A DNA stretch of 64,000 nt, from the NCBI GenBank assembly GCA_018812485.1, contig JAHJDO010000033.1:22435-86434 (forward strand), given 5' to 3'. The notes below the pieces were generated by a model. That model was not told where the DNA came from. It worked only from the letters and a program-made list of their open reading frames with translations, and searched no databases. Shown here in pieces: positions 9,749 to 20,785 of this stretch (the stretch's first letter is position 1; every line of letters begins with the position of its first letter). The position numbers were made by a program, and so were the translations under genes. Source of the DNA: a bacterium (GTDB taxonomy: Bacteria; JAHJDO01).

Positions 9749-10881
9749 TGGCTGGTAAAAGAGACTATTATGAGATACTTGATGTTGAGAGGCACGCTGC
9801 AATAGATGAGATAAAGCGTGCTTACAGGAAACTCGCACATAAGTATCATCCTGATAAGAATCAAGGGAATAAAGAGTATGAGGAGAAGTTCAAAGAGGCT
9901 TCGGAGGCTTATGCAGTATTGAGTGATCCCCAAAAAAGAGCAACTTATGACCAGTTTGGACACAGCGGATTGGAAGGAGGAGGTTTTAGCGGGTTCAGAA
10001 ATGCCTCGGACATATTTAGCAGTGATATATTTAGTGATTTTGGGGATATATTGGGGGGGGTTTTTGGCAGGAGCTCTCAGGGCGCAGGAAGAAGCGGTGG
10101 ACATAACAGAGGAGAGCACCTTAGATATGACCTGCAAATTACTTTAAAAGAGGCTGCATTTGGTACTGATAAAAAAATTCGCATCTCCAGGCCACAGACA
10201 TGTGAAGCATGTAATGGCTCTGGGGCAAAAAAGGGAACAAAACGTATCAGTTGTCTTCAATGCGGAGGCAGCGGACAGGTAAGCTATGCGCAAGGTTTCT
10301 TTAGTATAAATAGAACATGTGATAGATGCGGCGGAGAGGGTACAATAATAACAAATCCATGCGGGACTTGCAGAGGCACTGGAAGAGTAAATAAACCTCG
10401 TGAACTTACTGTCAAGATACCTCCTGGAGTTGATACAGGTTCCCAATTAAAGGTCAGAGGAGAAGGGGAAGCAGGCACAAGAGGCGGAAGCCCGGGAGAC
10501 CTATACGTAGTAATTCATGTAGGGGATGATGAATTTTTCACTCGGCATGATGATGATATACTGTGTGAAGTTCCTATAAGCATAACGCAGGCAACGCTGG
10601 GCGCAGAAATAGAGGTTCCTACTCTTAAGGGTAAGGCAAAGATGAAGATTCCCCCAGGTACACAGTCTGGAAAAGCATTCCGCTTGCGCGGTCAAGGTGT
10701 TCCAAGTCTGCACGGATATGGTAAAGGAGATGAACTCATTAGAGTTATAGTTGAAATACCTGTAAAACTGAATAATGAGCAACAAGAACTTCTCAGAAAG
10801 TTTGCTGAGATAAGCGGCGAGAATTTAACCCCTATACGCAGGGGCTTTATGCAGAAGTTTAAATCCAAGTTTGGCGGGTGA
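9748..10881 (+). CDS. dnaJ: Chaperone DnaJ (Hsp40)
   Basis: 377 aa; GTG start overlapping the dnaK stop. J-domain with HPD ([13 protein letters not shown]), G/F-rich linker, four CxxCxGxG zinc-finger repeats. Confidence 0.95.
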   Translation: MAGKRDYYEILDVERHAAIDEIKRAYRKLAHKYHPDKNQGNKEYEEKFKEASEAYAVLSDPQKRATYDQFGHSGLEGGGFSGFRNASDIFSSDIFSDFGDILGGVFGRSSQGAGRSGGHNRGEHLRYDLQITLKEAAFGTDKKIRISRPQTCEACNGSGAKKGTKRISCLQCGGSGQVSYAQGFFSINRTCDRCGGEGTIITNPCGTCRGTGRVNKPRELTVKIPPGVDTGSQLKVRGEGEAGTRGGSPGDLYVVIHVGDDEFFTRHDDDILCEVPISITQATLGAEIEVPTLKGKAKMKIPPGTQSGKAFRLRGQGVPSLHGYGKGDELIRVIVEIPVKLNNEQQELLRKFAEISGENLTPIRRGFMQKFKSKFGG

Positions 10882-10904
10882 GAGTGAGCTTGAGTAAAGC
10901 ATTA

Positions 10905-11597
10905 TCATTGTCCATAATATGCATTTTTACCATGTTTTCTTAAATAGTGTTTGTCCAGAAGAGTTTGTTTTATTGATGTTATATGAGGATTGAGAGTTTT
11001 GGTAAAAAGCGCAGTTTTTGCAATTTCTTCCAGGGCTACTGCATTTTTCACAACATCTTCTATGTCCTTTCCCCAGATAAACGGACCATGTGAAGCTACA
11101 AGAACTGCCGGTATTTTCTCAGGATCAATTCCTCTATCAAAAAAAGTCCTGACTATTAAATTACCGGTTTCTGTTTCATAATCTTTTTTTATATCTTTAT
11201 CAGAAATCATATCAGTAACTGGTATTTCACCATAGAATTGGTCAGCATGTGTTGTCCCAAGGCAGGGTATGTTTTCCCTCGCCTGTGCAAAGATTGTTGA
11301 ATAGGTAGAATGATTATGTACAACAGCACCAATTGATAGGAATTTATTGTATAGAACTAGATGTGTTTTTGTATCAGAAGAAGGATTATAATTACCTTCA
11401 ACAATATTTCCTTTCATATCTACTAATACCATATGTTCAGGTTTTAAGTTTTTATAAGCTACACCACTTGGTTTTATAGCAATAACCTGTTTCTTTCTAT
11501 CGATACCGCTTGCATTTCCCCATGTGTAGAGCACAAGTCCTCTCTTATAAATTTCCATATTTGCAAGATAAACTTGCTTTTTTAGTTGATTAAGCAT
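10905..11597 (-). CDS. araD: L-ribulose-5-phosphate 4-epimerase (class II aldolase/adducin family)
   Basis: 230 aa; MLNQLKKQVYLANMEIYKRGLVLYTWGNASGIDR...KPSGV...HNHSTYSTIFAQAR, typical AraD. Confidence 0.85.
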   Translation of the reverse strand: MLNQLKKQVYLANMEIYKRGLVLYTWGNASGIDRKKQVIAIKPSGVAYKNLKPEHMVLVDMKGNIVEGNYNPSSDTKTHLVLYNKFLSIGAVVHNHSTYSTIFAQARENIPCLGTTHADQFYGEIPVTDMISDKDIKKDYETETGNLIVRTFFDRGIDPEKIPAVLVASHGPFIWGKDIEDVVKNAVALEEIAKTALFTKTLNPHITSIKQTLLDKHYLRKHGKNAYYGQ

Positions 11598-13254
11598 TTT
11601 TCTTAATTTCCAGCAGCTTTTTCATAACGTGATATAAGTTCTCACTGTACTTCTTTGTTCCAAAGCTATCATGCAGATTTTTATAAAGCTCATATAATTT
11701 CTTATAGATCAGGTGATTTTTCCTGTTTGGATAGTATATTTTCTTTCTGGTGTCACACATATTCTTTTGAGCTTTCTCAGCTGTGGAATACACTCCTCCG
11801 ACAACTGCCCCAAATATTGCAGCACCAAGGGCACAAGTTTCATGGGATTTTGATATTAACATTGGTTTTCCAATTACATCTGCATATATCTGCATAAACA
11901 ATGGGTTTTTAACTGTTATTCCCCCACAGTTGATTACTTTTGAAATCCTGATGCCATATTCTTCTATTCTCTCAATAATTTTTAGAGCACCAAAAGCAGT
12001 AGCTTCTATAAGCGCTCTGTATATTTCCCAGCGTGTAGTTTGCAGGGTCTGTCCTATTAGTAGTCCTGTGAGTTCTGCATCAACAAGTATCGTTCTATTA
12101 CCATTGTTCCAGTCAAGCGCCAGAAGACCACTTTCTCCCGGTTTCGCTCGAGAAGCATCTCTAGTTAGTTTATCATGATATTTCGAATCTTCCTCGCAAA
12201 CTTTACTAACAAACCAGTTCAGAATATCCCCCACAGCTGACTGTCCAGCCTCTATACCAAAGCAGCCTGGCAATACCGAGCTATCAACCATACCACACAC
12301 ACCCGGAATATCATCTATCTTCTGCCCCTTATGTGAAACCATTATATCACATGATGAGGTTCCTATTATTTTCACAAGAATATCTTTACCAACGCCTGCA
12401 CCAACTGCCCCCATATGTGCATCAAATGCACCCACTGCAACAGGAATTCTGCTGGAAAGCCCAAATCTTTTTGTGTATTTATCGGATAAATCTCCTGCTT
12501 TTGTGTTTGAAGCATACGCTTTCTCATACAGTCTTGCGCGCAAATCTGCCATTTGAGGATTAAGCTTTGAGAGAAATTCTTTATCAGGTAATCCGTGCCA
12601 CTTGTCATTATACATTGCTTTATGCCCTGCGGCACATATGCATCTTTTAATTTTAGTTACATCTGTGATTCCACAGATATACGCAGGCATAAAGTCAGCA
12701 AGCTCTACCCATGAATAAGCAGCATCAAACACCTTCTTGTCAATATTCAGACAATGCCATATTTTTGAAAAAAACCATTCAGAGGAATATGTACCACCGC
12801 ATTTTCTGAGATATTGGGGTCTTATACATTCTGCTATCTTAGTTATTTTTTGAGCTTCTTCCATGGATGAATGATCCTTCCAGAGCCATGCCTGAGCATT
12901 TAGATTATTCTTGAATTCCGGAAGAAATGCTAAAGGAACAAGTTCATTTGTGACAGGTATAGGCGTAGAGCCTGTAGTGTCTATTCCTATCCCTACAATA
13001 TTGTCTCGGGAGAAATTCTTGTCTTTTTTTGCTTGTTTAAGAAGTTTTGTAACTACATATTCGAATCCTTCTATATAGTCATAAGGGCTTTGTCTTGCGA
13101 CATTCGGATCTGCTTTATCCAGCAGGATACCATTCTCTCCTCTGGTGTAGTTAAAAACCGCCGATGCAGCATCCCTGCCATTAGCTGTATTTATTAGTAT
13201 GGCACGAACAGAATTTGTTCCATAATCAATACCTATTGCAAATTTATTTTTCAT
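11590..13254 (-). CDS. araB: Ribulokinase (FGGY carbohydrate kinase)
   Basis: 554 aa; N-terminus AIGIDYGTNSVRAILIN and overall AraB-like length; overlaps araD by 8 nt. Confidence 0.8.
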   Translation of the reverse strand: MKNKFAIGIDYGTNSVRAILINTANGRDAASAVFNYTRGENGILLDKADPNVARQSPYDYIEGFEYVVTKLLKQAKKDKNFSRDNIVGIGIDTTGSTPIPVTNELVPLAFLPEFKNNLNAQAWLWKDHSSMEEAQKITKIAECIRPQYLRKCGGTYSSEWFFSKIWHCLNIDKKVFDAAYSWVELADFMPAYICGITDVTKIKRCICAAGHKAMYNDKWHGLPDKEFLSKLNPQMADLRARLYEKAYASNTKAGDLSDKYTKRFGLSSRIPVAVGAFDAHMGAVGAGVGKDILVKIIGTSSCDIMVSHKGQKIDDIPGVCGMVDSSVLPGCFGIEAGQSAVGDILNWFVSKVCEEDSKYHDKLTRDASRAKPGESGLLALDWNNGNRTILVDAELTGLLIGQTLQTTRWEIYRALIEATAFGALKIIERIEEYGIRISKVINCGGITVKNPLFMQIYADVIGKPMLISKSHETCALGAAIFGAVVGGVYSTAEKAQKNMCDTRKKIYYPNRKNHLIYKKLYELYKNLHDSFGTKKYSENLYHVMKKLLEIKKNA

Positions 13255-15730
13255 GAGTTAATTCCTCAAATTTGCTTAATATTTCTCGATACATAATTGT
13301 CCACTTACCCTTATTTGAGCTTTTTAATATCTCCTTCTTTCTTCCTGGAAGAGTAACTTCCGCAGTTATTCCCTGTGGGAGAGAGAGATAAGTCTTTATT
13401 CCCGCCTTTGTCCTTTCCCATCCGCTTTCAATAATTCCTTTAGGAGTTGCTACTTTGCCTCTAACAAAATTTACACAAGTGAAAGTAGGAGAAAAACAAA
13501 TTTTGTTCCACCCAGGACTCTTCTGCCAAATTCCAAGCAAAATATTACTTAAATGAATAATAGGATGAGCAGACCAGGCATGACATAAACTTTCCAAGCC
13601 CGGTTTCGCATTCCAGACTTCTTCTGTAGTACTTAAACCTTTTGCCACCATTTCACCCCACCACCTGTAAATACAATCTGCTACTTCTTCCATGCATCCA
13701 CATTTTTTAAGTGCCTCGAAAATATAGTGCATAAAGAAGGGTGAAGGAATCCCTTTAGCCCCTTTGGCTCCTTCTGCTTGAGGATAGTTCTGCTTAACCA
13801 GAGGAAGAAGGTATTTTTGCACAAAAAGTTGGTGGTATTCTGGAAACAAATCCAGAAGTATAGCCAAGGAGTAAATGTGAGGTGTATTTTCCACCACCGG
13901 CTGATTATTCCAAGACAGCCCTCCATAGAGAGTTTGGGTTTTCCTGTTAAACAGCATTTTCTTGATAGCATTTAGTAAACTTCTTTCTCTCCGACTATAT
14001 AGCTGTACGAGTTTTTCTTCACCTGCTTGCTCTAATAGCTTAATTGTAGTCCGTAGTGCCATTAAATAAAAAAGATTGTATAGCGTAGAATAACCATCCT
14101 TAAAAAGGGGAGACCAATCTAAGAAAAGCGCATATCTATTGTCATAACTAATTAGTCCATTTTTACCTGTCATCTGGAAAAAGTAATCAAACGCTTCATA
14201 AATTTTATCCTTCATTTGCTTGAATAAAGACAAGTCAGCCGTCTGCCAGTAGTAGTCCCAGTGAGTGATAATCCACGTAAGAGTAAAATCTGGTAAAATG
14301 CATCCATGCGCAATGGTCGGAGCGTGTCCGTATGTAAGACCATTAGGTACTTTTTGAGTTCCTATCTGCTTAATACCCCTTTTGAAGAGTCTTTCATCTG
14401 CCGACAGATAAAAAGTATTCTTTGCTTGAATTCTAGCATCACCCCACCATTGAGCTTGCTCTCGCCAAGGACAATCAACATATGCATCCTGCATACAACA
14501 TTGTTGAGTCCACGTGCTCATTTTGTAGATTTTGTTGAGTCTTTCATCAGAAGATTGAAATTCTGCTTTTATCTGTAAAGGGTAACCTACTGATCGGAGT
14601 TTTAACTTTATAGTCAGTTTTTGCTTACTATTTCTAACGATAAGAATTAGATAACGAAATCCCCAGTAATCAAACTGTTCGTATTCGGTTTTTCCAGCTC
14701 GCAGAAATAATCTATTCCCAAAAGCTACCTTACATCCTACCTTAGAGGAATATATTATTGGAGAAAAATTTTCCTTCCCTTCACAGATCATGGTATCAAT
14801 TATTTCACCCCCCTCTCCATTTTCTACATTTAGTAATAATGAACCTACAAATTCCTTTCCAAAATCTATCAGGTATCCCCTATAATCTCTTTCACTAGTA
14901 GCCGGAACTTGGAAGCGAGCCCAATTATCATCTTTTGTTAGGATATTAGTTGTATCGTACCAATTCTTTTCCTCTTCCAAAAAAAGGCTTACTACATTAG
15001 CTATCTTTTCATAATCTACTTTACACTTACCTTTAGTCTCCGAGATTAGTTTATCAGGTATAGCTATAGTCTCTTTCAACAAAGGAATCTCTCTCTTTTC
15101 AAATGAATACCAGGGCATAGAACCAAAATTTCTACAACGAGGATTGTCCCAACTAGAATCATCGTAATCTGAAAGTACCCAAGAATCATCCAGCCTAGCA
15201 TCAAAGAATTCCTGAAATCCTAATTGTAGTGATACACGAGTCGTTACTCTCTTATAACCAGGAGCAATGCGAACTCTCCAACTCTGATTTGTGGATATTT
15301 CTTCATCATCTGCCTTACCTGCTAACAAAAAACCTGCATACCCTTGATGAATGTATTGAAAAGTACTAATCCCCAGATTATGCACCAGAGCGGCAATCAC
15401 ATTTCTACCCTTCTTTAAAAAAGGGGTAATATTCACGTTGTCATAGGACCAAGATTCCTGAAAACCTCGAGCTGGGCCTCGATTAATATAGATACCATTT
15501 ACATAAAGCCGATATTGAGTATCAGCAGTAACGTAAACTATGGAAGTCTTTGGGACCTTTTTTAAATAAAACGTTTTTCTGGTTTGCATCCATGAATTAA
15601 CTAAATCATAGCTTGGACTATCGTACCATATCCATTTGGCACTTTGTACAAACTTCCGGAAATCAATTAAAGTTCCTGGATCTTCGTTCCAATTTATGTA
15701 TGATTGTGTTTTTCTATTAAGTTTCGACAT
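13244..15730 (-). CDS. Alpha-L-rhamnosidase (GH78)
   Basis: 828 aa; N-terminal ...SAKWIWYD... and six-hairpin motif YVDCPWREQAQWWGDARIQ (GH78 DCPxRE...WxGD signature). Confidence 0.75.
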   Translation of the reverse strand: MSKLNRKTQSYINWNEDPGTLIDFRKFVQSAKWIWYDSPSYDLVNSWMQTRKTFYLKKVPKTSIVYVTADTQYRLYVNGIYINRGPARGFQESWSYDNVNITPFLKKGRNVIAALVHNLGISTFQYIHQGYAGFLLAGKADDEEISTNQSWRVRIAPGYKRVTTRVSLQLGFQEFFDARLDDSWVLSDYDDSSWDNPRCRNFGSMPWYSFEKREIPLLKETIAIPDKLISETKGKCKVDYEKIANVVSLFLEEEKNWYDTTNILTKDDNWARFQVPATSERDYRGYLIDFGKEFVGSLLLNVENGEGGEIIDTMICEGKENFSPIIYSSKVGCKVAFGNRLFLRAGKTEYEQFDYWGFRYLILIVRNSKQKLTIKLKLRSVGYPLQIKAEFQSSDERLNKIYKMSTWTQQCCMQDAYVDCPWREQAQWWGDARIQAKNTFYLSADERLFKRGIKQIGTQKVPNGLTYGHAPTIAHGCILPDFTLTWIITHWDYYWQTADLSLFKQMKDKIYEAFDYFFQMTGKNGLISYDNRYALFLDWSPLFKDGYSTLYNLFYLMALRTTIKLLEQAGEEKLVQLYSRRERSLLNAIKKMLFNRKTQTLYGGLSWNNQPVVENTPHIYSLAILLDLFPEYHQLFVQKYLLPLVKQNYPQAEGAKGAKGIPSPFFMHYIFEALKKCGCMEEVADCIYRWWGEMVAKGLSTTEEVWNAKPGLESLCHAWSAHPIIHLSNILLGIWQKSPGWNKICFSPTFTCVNFVRGKVATPKGIIESGWERTKAGIKTYLSLPQGITAEVTLPGRKKEILKSSNKGKWTIMYREILSKFEELTHEK

Positions 15731-15794
15731 AATATTCTCCTATCCAATCCCAAATTTTTTGTACATTTTCTTTAGCAACGTTTTTTGCCATTTG

Positions 15795-16940
15795 CTAGTA
15801 TGACTCTAAATTCCTGTCTTTAACTTTAAAATCAGGTATTTTGAGCATTTTCCCACCTTGAACTATTGATTCTCTTGCATATATTCCAGGCAGGGTGTAA
15901 TTTAGCGCAGCATTTAAACCTATAACGGGTTGCCGATTACTTCTTATGGCAGATATGAACTCTGTGAGCATCCAATATTCAGTTGTACCATGACCCCCGA
16001 GTTTCATTTCTTTTTTCACTTGAAGTCGCTCGGGAATATACTGACGCATAAAATCATCTAAATCTGTCCATGTGTGTTTAGATGATCGCAAAGAGGGGTT
16101 TTTTGTTTCAGCAAGCATTATTCTTGGTTTGTCGCTAAATCCACGCCCGCTTTCAAAAGCACCATGAGTTCCTTGCACGCCATAAAAGTGCAAAAAAGGT
16201 CGCGGAGATGCTAAATCTACCCTTACCCGGATTATTCTCCCCTTTCTAGTATTCATGAACATTGTATGATTAAATTCAGGACAAAGTTCATGGTCTGGAT
16301 CTATGAGTTTTGTAGAATTGCAAATACATGAAACGCGTTCAACACTGTCGTTGAGGATATAGAGTAAGGGACCAAGGCTGTGCGTGCAATATACCCCTAA
16401 TTCTCCCCTTCCTCTCCATGTCAAATCCCCCTTTTTATTTCGCCATAGATACTTACAATCATGTACATATTCAGCTTCTGCATAGTAAATATCTCCGAAG
16501 AACGCTTCGTCTACAAGTCTTTTAACCAATTCGATGTCGTTACGAAAACAGCAATTTTCTGCAATCATATAATAGGCACAACTTTTTCTTTCAGCTTCAA
16601 TAAGTGTGTCTATTTGTTTTATATTTACAACTGCTGGAACCTCTGATAACACATGAATATCTGCTTTGAGCATAGCAATAGCTTGTTCTGTATGAAATTT
16701 TGGTGGTGAAGAAATTACAACCGCATCTAATCCTGAATTTAAAAAGTTTGTAAAATCAGTAAACCAACGAGGTTCATGTTTTCCCTGTGTGTCAAATTTT
16801 GTGTTATTTCGAACTATATCATAGACAGCTGTCACTTCTATATTTTTTAAAACGCTCAATTGTTTTATTAGACTATTGCCGCGACGATGCTCCTTATTGC
16901 CTGCCCCAATTATACCAAACCGAATTGTATTCTTGTTCAC
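15795..16940 (-). CDS. Gfo/Idh/MocA-family NAD(P)-dependent oxidoreductase
   Basis: 381 aa; Rossmann N-terminus IRFGIIGAGNKEHRRGNSLIKQLSVLKNIEVTAVYD; GTG start. Confidence 0.8.
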   Translation of the reverse strand: MNKNTIRFGIIGAGNKEHRRGNSLIKQLSVLKNIEVTAVYDIVRNNTKFDTQGKHEPRWFTDFTNFLNSGLDAVVISSPPKFHTEQAIAMLKADIHVLSEVPAVVNIKQIDTLIEAERKSCAYYMIAENCCFRNDIELVKRLVDEAFFGDIYYAEAEYVHDCKYLWRNKKGDLTWRGRGELGVYCTHSLGPLLYILNDSVERVSCICNSTKLIDPDHELCPEFNHTMFMNTRKGRIIRVRVDLASPRPFLHFYGVQGTHGAFESGRGFSDKPRIMLAETKNPSLRSSKHTWTDLDDFMRQYIPERLQVKKEMKLGGHGTTEYWMLTEFISAIRSNRQPVIGLNAALNYTLPGIYARESIVQGGKMLKIPDFKVKDRNLESY

Positions 16941-16952
16941 GACTTATTTTTT

Positions 16953-19607
16953 CTATCCAAGCTCAATAGTTACTATTTGACTTTCCCCCGCCTTAAAATA
17001 AACTACATTCTCATCCACAATATTTAAATCCTTAATCACTTCCTCGTTCATTTTAACTAACCTTGCCTTTTCTATCTTTTTATAAAACTGTAATTTCCCC
17101 TGAATCTTTTTTTGGCTAGTATTAAATAACCGTATTATTAAGGAATCTTTATCTTCCGCTTTCTTAACGGCACTGATTATAAGTTCCTCTGGCTCAATAG
17201 AAATAAAACTCATTTCACAGGGTAAACTGCCCTTGTGCTCAGTGGTTTGCAACACCCTTTGTTTTATATTGTGTTGATAAGCCAAACGAAATATATTATT
17301 GACTTCCAATTCCTTCTCATGGAGAGCTATGGCATACTCAAATCTATGCTTGCCAATGCATTGAGCTCCTGGAGTAAAGGGAGCATCAACCTTTATGCAA
17401 TTTCCATCCTCCTTCATTATATAAAAATCTTTATTATAAAGTTTTCCTATACTTCTAAGAAGACTTAAATTTAAAATAGTCCCTTGTTTATTTTTAATTG
17501 CTCTATAACAGGGTAAACCCCTATTTATTATCGTCAAACCCCATTTATTATCCTTTATACTAACAAATGATTGTTGAGGCCATATTGGTTCTGGAGGTTT
17601 TGCCCATCTTTTCGTTTTTAGAAGTAGTATATTTCTTCTTACTAAATCAAATTGACCTTCCGCAAAAGTATATCGAGCTTTGATATTTGTGGGAAATCTA
17701 ACCATCAACCAATGGTCTCTGGCTTTATTATCTACTTCAGTTATTACATCAATGCGTCTACTACCTGTAGAAAGACTTATGTAACTTACTATTGAGCAGG
17801 TTATCAGTCTATTACTTCTACTCTTTTTATTCTTGGTTAGACTTCCGGGAAGTAAGAGACGCATATCAATCTTAAAAGTTATCCGCACTGGACCCTTTTC
17901 AACAAGACGAATAGAAACTTTTTTTGGATTCAGTATCTTCCTATCCAACAATGGGTTAGAATAATTATATAAGTCACCAGCATCTCCAATATCTTCAAAA
18001 CAATGCATATTTTTATGTCTAGCCTTAGCAATCTTGTCTAATATTGTCAGAGTTCCATTTTCGTTTATATTAACTCTAAAAAACTCATTCTCCATCATAT
18101 GGCCTTTTACTTTTAGAAAACTGGGGAATTTAGGTTGAGTTTGGACTGGTCTTACTCGATATATTTTATAGCCAAGGGCAGGAACATCTCTGGATAAAAA
18201 TACCGCATTTATTTTTTTATCATCCTGTTTTGTATATATTTTCTGCCGTCCAGTCATGTTTTGTTGAGTAATTATTTGATAAGGGATAGTATTCCCTGCT
18301 AAATCTTCTATAACAAAATATCTAACTTTGGGATCTGAAATACATATGGTAGCTTCAGCTGTATCAGTTCGTTTCCATGACAATGGATTAAATGTTACCA
18401 ATACAAGCTTTCCTTTTTCTTTTATTTTTTTATTGCCTTGAAAAGTATTTATCTTTTGAACAATTTTCTCCAGGTTAATCCATGTAATCTCTTCAGCAAT
18501 CTGTCTAGCTGAGTTAAACCTACTTACTACATCTTTGTCCACTTCATCAATACTACAGCCACAAATACTATCATGAGCATGATTTTTTAAGAGATATTTC
18601 CATGATTGCCATAAAAAATCCTTAGGATAATCCATTCCTAACGACCAAGCAAAACTCGAAAATGGTTCAGCCCATTTCTCTAAGAGAGATTGCACTTCTT
18701 CGTTTTTCTGCTTAATCTCTACTCTAGAGGACAAAGTTCCCGGATAGATTTCTCTCTTTTTAGTCTTTCTTAATTCTCCTTTAATAATTTCTAATCTTGG
18801 TCTATACTCCTTAATTTTGCTAATATACAATGGTAAATTCGACTGGATTGTCTTATCGTTATTTAATAACCTATTAGCTCCTTTGATAATTTCTGGTAGT
18901 CCTTCTTGAGGTAGAAGATGGTCACATCCTTTCATTAACAATACATTCGGAGTTGTTGCTAGAGGAATTATTTTATCTTTAATATTTTTAATTATCTTTA
19001 ATACACTTTCTGAATTGTAAGGAAGATTACCTGATCTTAAAAGGTCAGTGGCATTCGAATATCCTGTAACCAGGTACACTGCCAACACTTTTGAACCGTC
19101 TGGAGATTTCCAGAAAAATTCTGTCCCAACTTTATGCTCCCCTTCTACACCCCGAGATAATACAGCACTATTGATATTAAATCCAAATAATATTTGGGGC
19201 ATTTGTGAAATATGTCCAAACATATCCGGAAGATATCCTATTTCCATTACCCAGCCAAATCTTTTAGCGATTTTATGTCCTAGAAGGAGATTCCTTACTA
19301 GAGATTCTCCGCTTACTAAGAATTCATCCGGCAGTGTATACCATGGACCTACTAACAATCTACTCTGCCTGATATATTTCTTAAGCTGCCTTTCTCTCTC
19401 TGGCTTTAGTTCTAAATAATCTTCTAATATTACCGTTTGCCCATCAAAAGTAAAATACTTAAAATCGGGGTCTTGATCAAACAGTTCTAATATTTTATCC
19501 ATGCATGTTACCAATCTTATTCGAAACTCTTCAAATGTTCTGTACCATTCCCTATCCCAATGGGTATGAGAAACAACATGCATCTTATATTTTAATACAG
19601 TTTTCAT
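16953..19607 (-). CDS. Alpha-mannosidase (GH38)
   Basis: 884 aa; GH38 N-terminal catalytic-domain signature HVVSHTHWDREWYRTFEEF...VGPWYTLPDEFLVSGESLVRNLLLG. Confidence 0.85.
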   Translation of the reverse strand: MKTVLKYKMHVVSHTHWDREWYRTFEEFRIRLVTCMDKILELFDQDPDFKYFTFDGQTVILEDYLELKPERERQLKKYIRQSRLLVGPWYTLPDEFLVSGESLVRNLLLGHKIAKRFGWVMEIGYLPDMFGHISQMPQILFGFNINSAVLSRGVEGEHKVGTEFFWKSPDGSKVLAVYLVTGYSNATDLLRSGNLPYNSESVLKIIKNIKDKIIPLATTPNVLLMKGCDHLLPQEGLPEIIKGANRLLNNDKTIQSNLPLYISKIKEYRPRLEIIKGELRKTKKREIYPGTLSSRVEIKQKNEEVQSLLEKWAEPFSSFAWSLGMDYPKDFLWQSWKYLLKNHAHDSICGCSIDEVDKDVVSRFNSARQIAEEITWINLEKIVQKINTFQGNKKIKEKGKLVLVTFNPLSWKRTDTAEATICISDPKVRYFVIEDLAGNTIPYQIITQQNMTGRQKIYTKQDDKKINAVFLSRDVPALGYKIYRVRPVQTQPKFPSFLKVKGHMMENEFFRVNINENGTLTILDKIAKARHKNMHCFEDIGDAGDLYNYSNPLLDRKILNPKKVSIRLVEKGPVRITFKIDMRLLLPGSLTKNKKSRSNRLITCSIVSYISLSTGSRRIDVITEVDNKARDHWLMVRFPTNIKARYTFAEGQFDLVRRNILLLKTKRWAKPPEPIWPQQSFVSIKDNKWGLTIINRGLPCYRAIKNKQGTILNLSLLRSIGKLYNKDFYIMKEDGNCIKVDAPFTPGAQCIGKHRFEYAIALHEKELEVNNIFRLAYQHNIKQRVLQTTEHKGSLPCEMSFISIEPEELIISAVKKAEDKDSLIIRLFNTSQKKIQGKLQFYKKIEKARLVKMNEEVIKDLNIVDENVVYFKAGESQIVTIELG

Positions 19608-19682
19608 AATGTTTAGAGCATCCGTTACAGTATAACTATAATATTACAGCCATTCGATAATTTTTTATTAATTTTTTTGTCA

Positions 19683-20777
19683 TTAGATATCCGGTTTTGT
19701 AGTCATAACTACTTCTCTCAATTGTTCCATGAAATAGCGATAATTATCCCAACTAACATCAGATAAAACAAAATGATCCGGGCCAGGAATGTAGCGCCCC
19801 TTATGTATCAGCTCACGAGCCTTATCTATTTCAACATCAATTTCTCTCTTCCCTTTAGCCATGACATTCTTATCTAATCCTCCTATGACTCCAAGTTCAG
19901 GAAATCTATCCAAAACTCTACTAACATTATTTCCCGCCTGTACTTCGTAGGGGTAAAGGGTGGTCACACCACTCTCCAACATAAGTTCTGTAATATCCTC
20001 AATGTATCCGTCCGAATCGACTAAGATAATTTTGATTCCATGCTCCTTTGCAAAGCACGCGATCTTAAGATAATTTGGCTTCATAAATTTCCGGAACATC
20101 TCAGGAGAAATGAGAGAACCATTCTTTGAAGCCATATCTTCCCAGCACTCGATCAGATCAAAATCGACATCAGCTAGCATCTTGCTCCATATGGAAATAG
20201 CCATGTCTGTGTACGAGTCCATAATGTCATGGACAAGTTCAGGGTCATCATAGAAGGCATATGCAAGATTCACATCACCCATCATGTCGCGGGCAAAGCC
20301 GTATACACCCCTATGGGTCAACTGAAGTGGATAATCACGTGTGTGGAAGCGAGCAACATGTTCTGGCCAGTCCTTTGGAAATCGCTCCGGGTCTTCTGCC
20401 TGCAAATGACGTTCCTTTACTCGATACCAATCCTTTCGGTTCTTTACGGGCCATTCTATCGTCTGAGAATAATGGTTAGCACCCTTTTTAATGATCCTAA
20501 CAGTACCGTCTCCACGGCTCTGAACTATCTGGGAATTATTTTCCTCTATTACTTTTACATCATCTAATTGAGAAGTTCTCATGTTTACACAAGTTCTCTG
20601 CCAACCACGATATTCTCCTTCAAACTGCAGAATTTCATCAATGCGTTCTGCAATGCCAGAGTATTCCTTTTCCCATCCAGACACAATGGCGTTTGTGCCT
20701 CCAAAAACCTTAATAAAAGGCACACGATCTACTTCTTGACCTGTTAATGTTTTTACAAAACGTTCCCGATGATTCAT
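19683..20777 (-). CDS. Uroporphyrinogen decarboxylase (URO-D)/MtaA-family (beta/alpha)8 protein of unknown substrate
   Basis: N-terminus MNHRERFVKTLTGQEVDRVPFIKV matches the URO-D-family start (M..RERv.aaL.Ge.vDRvP). The C-terminal block ...GVIGGLDKNVM...GRYIPGPDHFVLSDVSWDNYRYFMEQL parallels HemE GNMDP...[25 protein letters not shown]. The alternative longer start at 20864 has RBS GAGGAA but would overlap the upstream gene by 79 nt. Confidence 0.55.
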   Translation of the reverse strand: MNHRERFVKTLTGQEVDRVPFIKVFGGTNAIVSGWEKEYSGIAERIDEILQFEGEYRGWQRTCVNMRTSQLDDVKVIEENNSQIVQSRGDGTVRIIKKGANHYSQTIEWPVKNRKDWYRVKERHLQAEDPERFPKDWPEHVARFHTRDYPLQLTHRGVYGFARDMMGDVNLAYAFYDDPELVHDIMDSYTDMAISIWSKMLADVDFDLIECWEDMASKNGSLISPEMFRKFMKPNYLKIACFAKEHGIKIILVDSDGYIEDITELMLESGVTTLYPYEVQAGNNVSRVLDRFPELGVIGGLDKNVMAKGKREIDVEIDKARELIHKGRYIPGPDHFVLSDVSWDNYRYFMEQLREVVMTTKPDI

Positions 20778-20785
20778 AAGACTAG

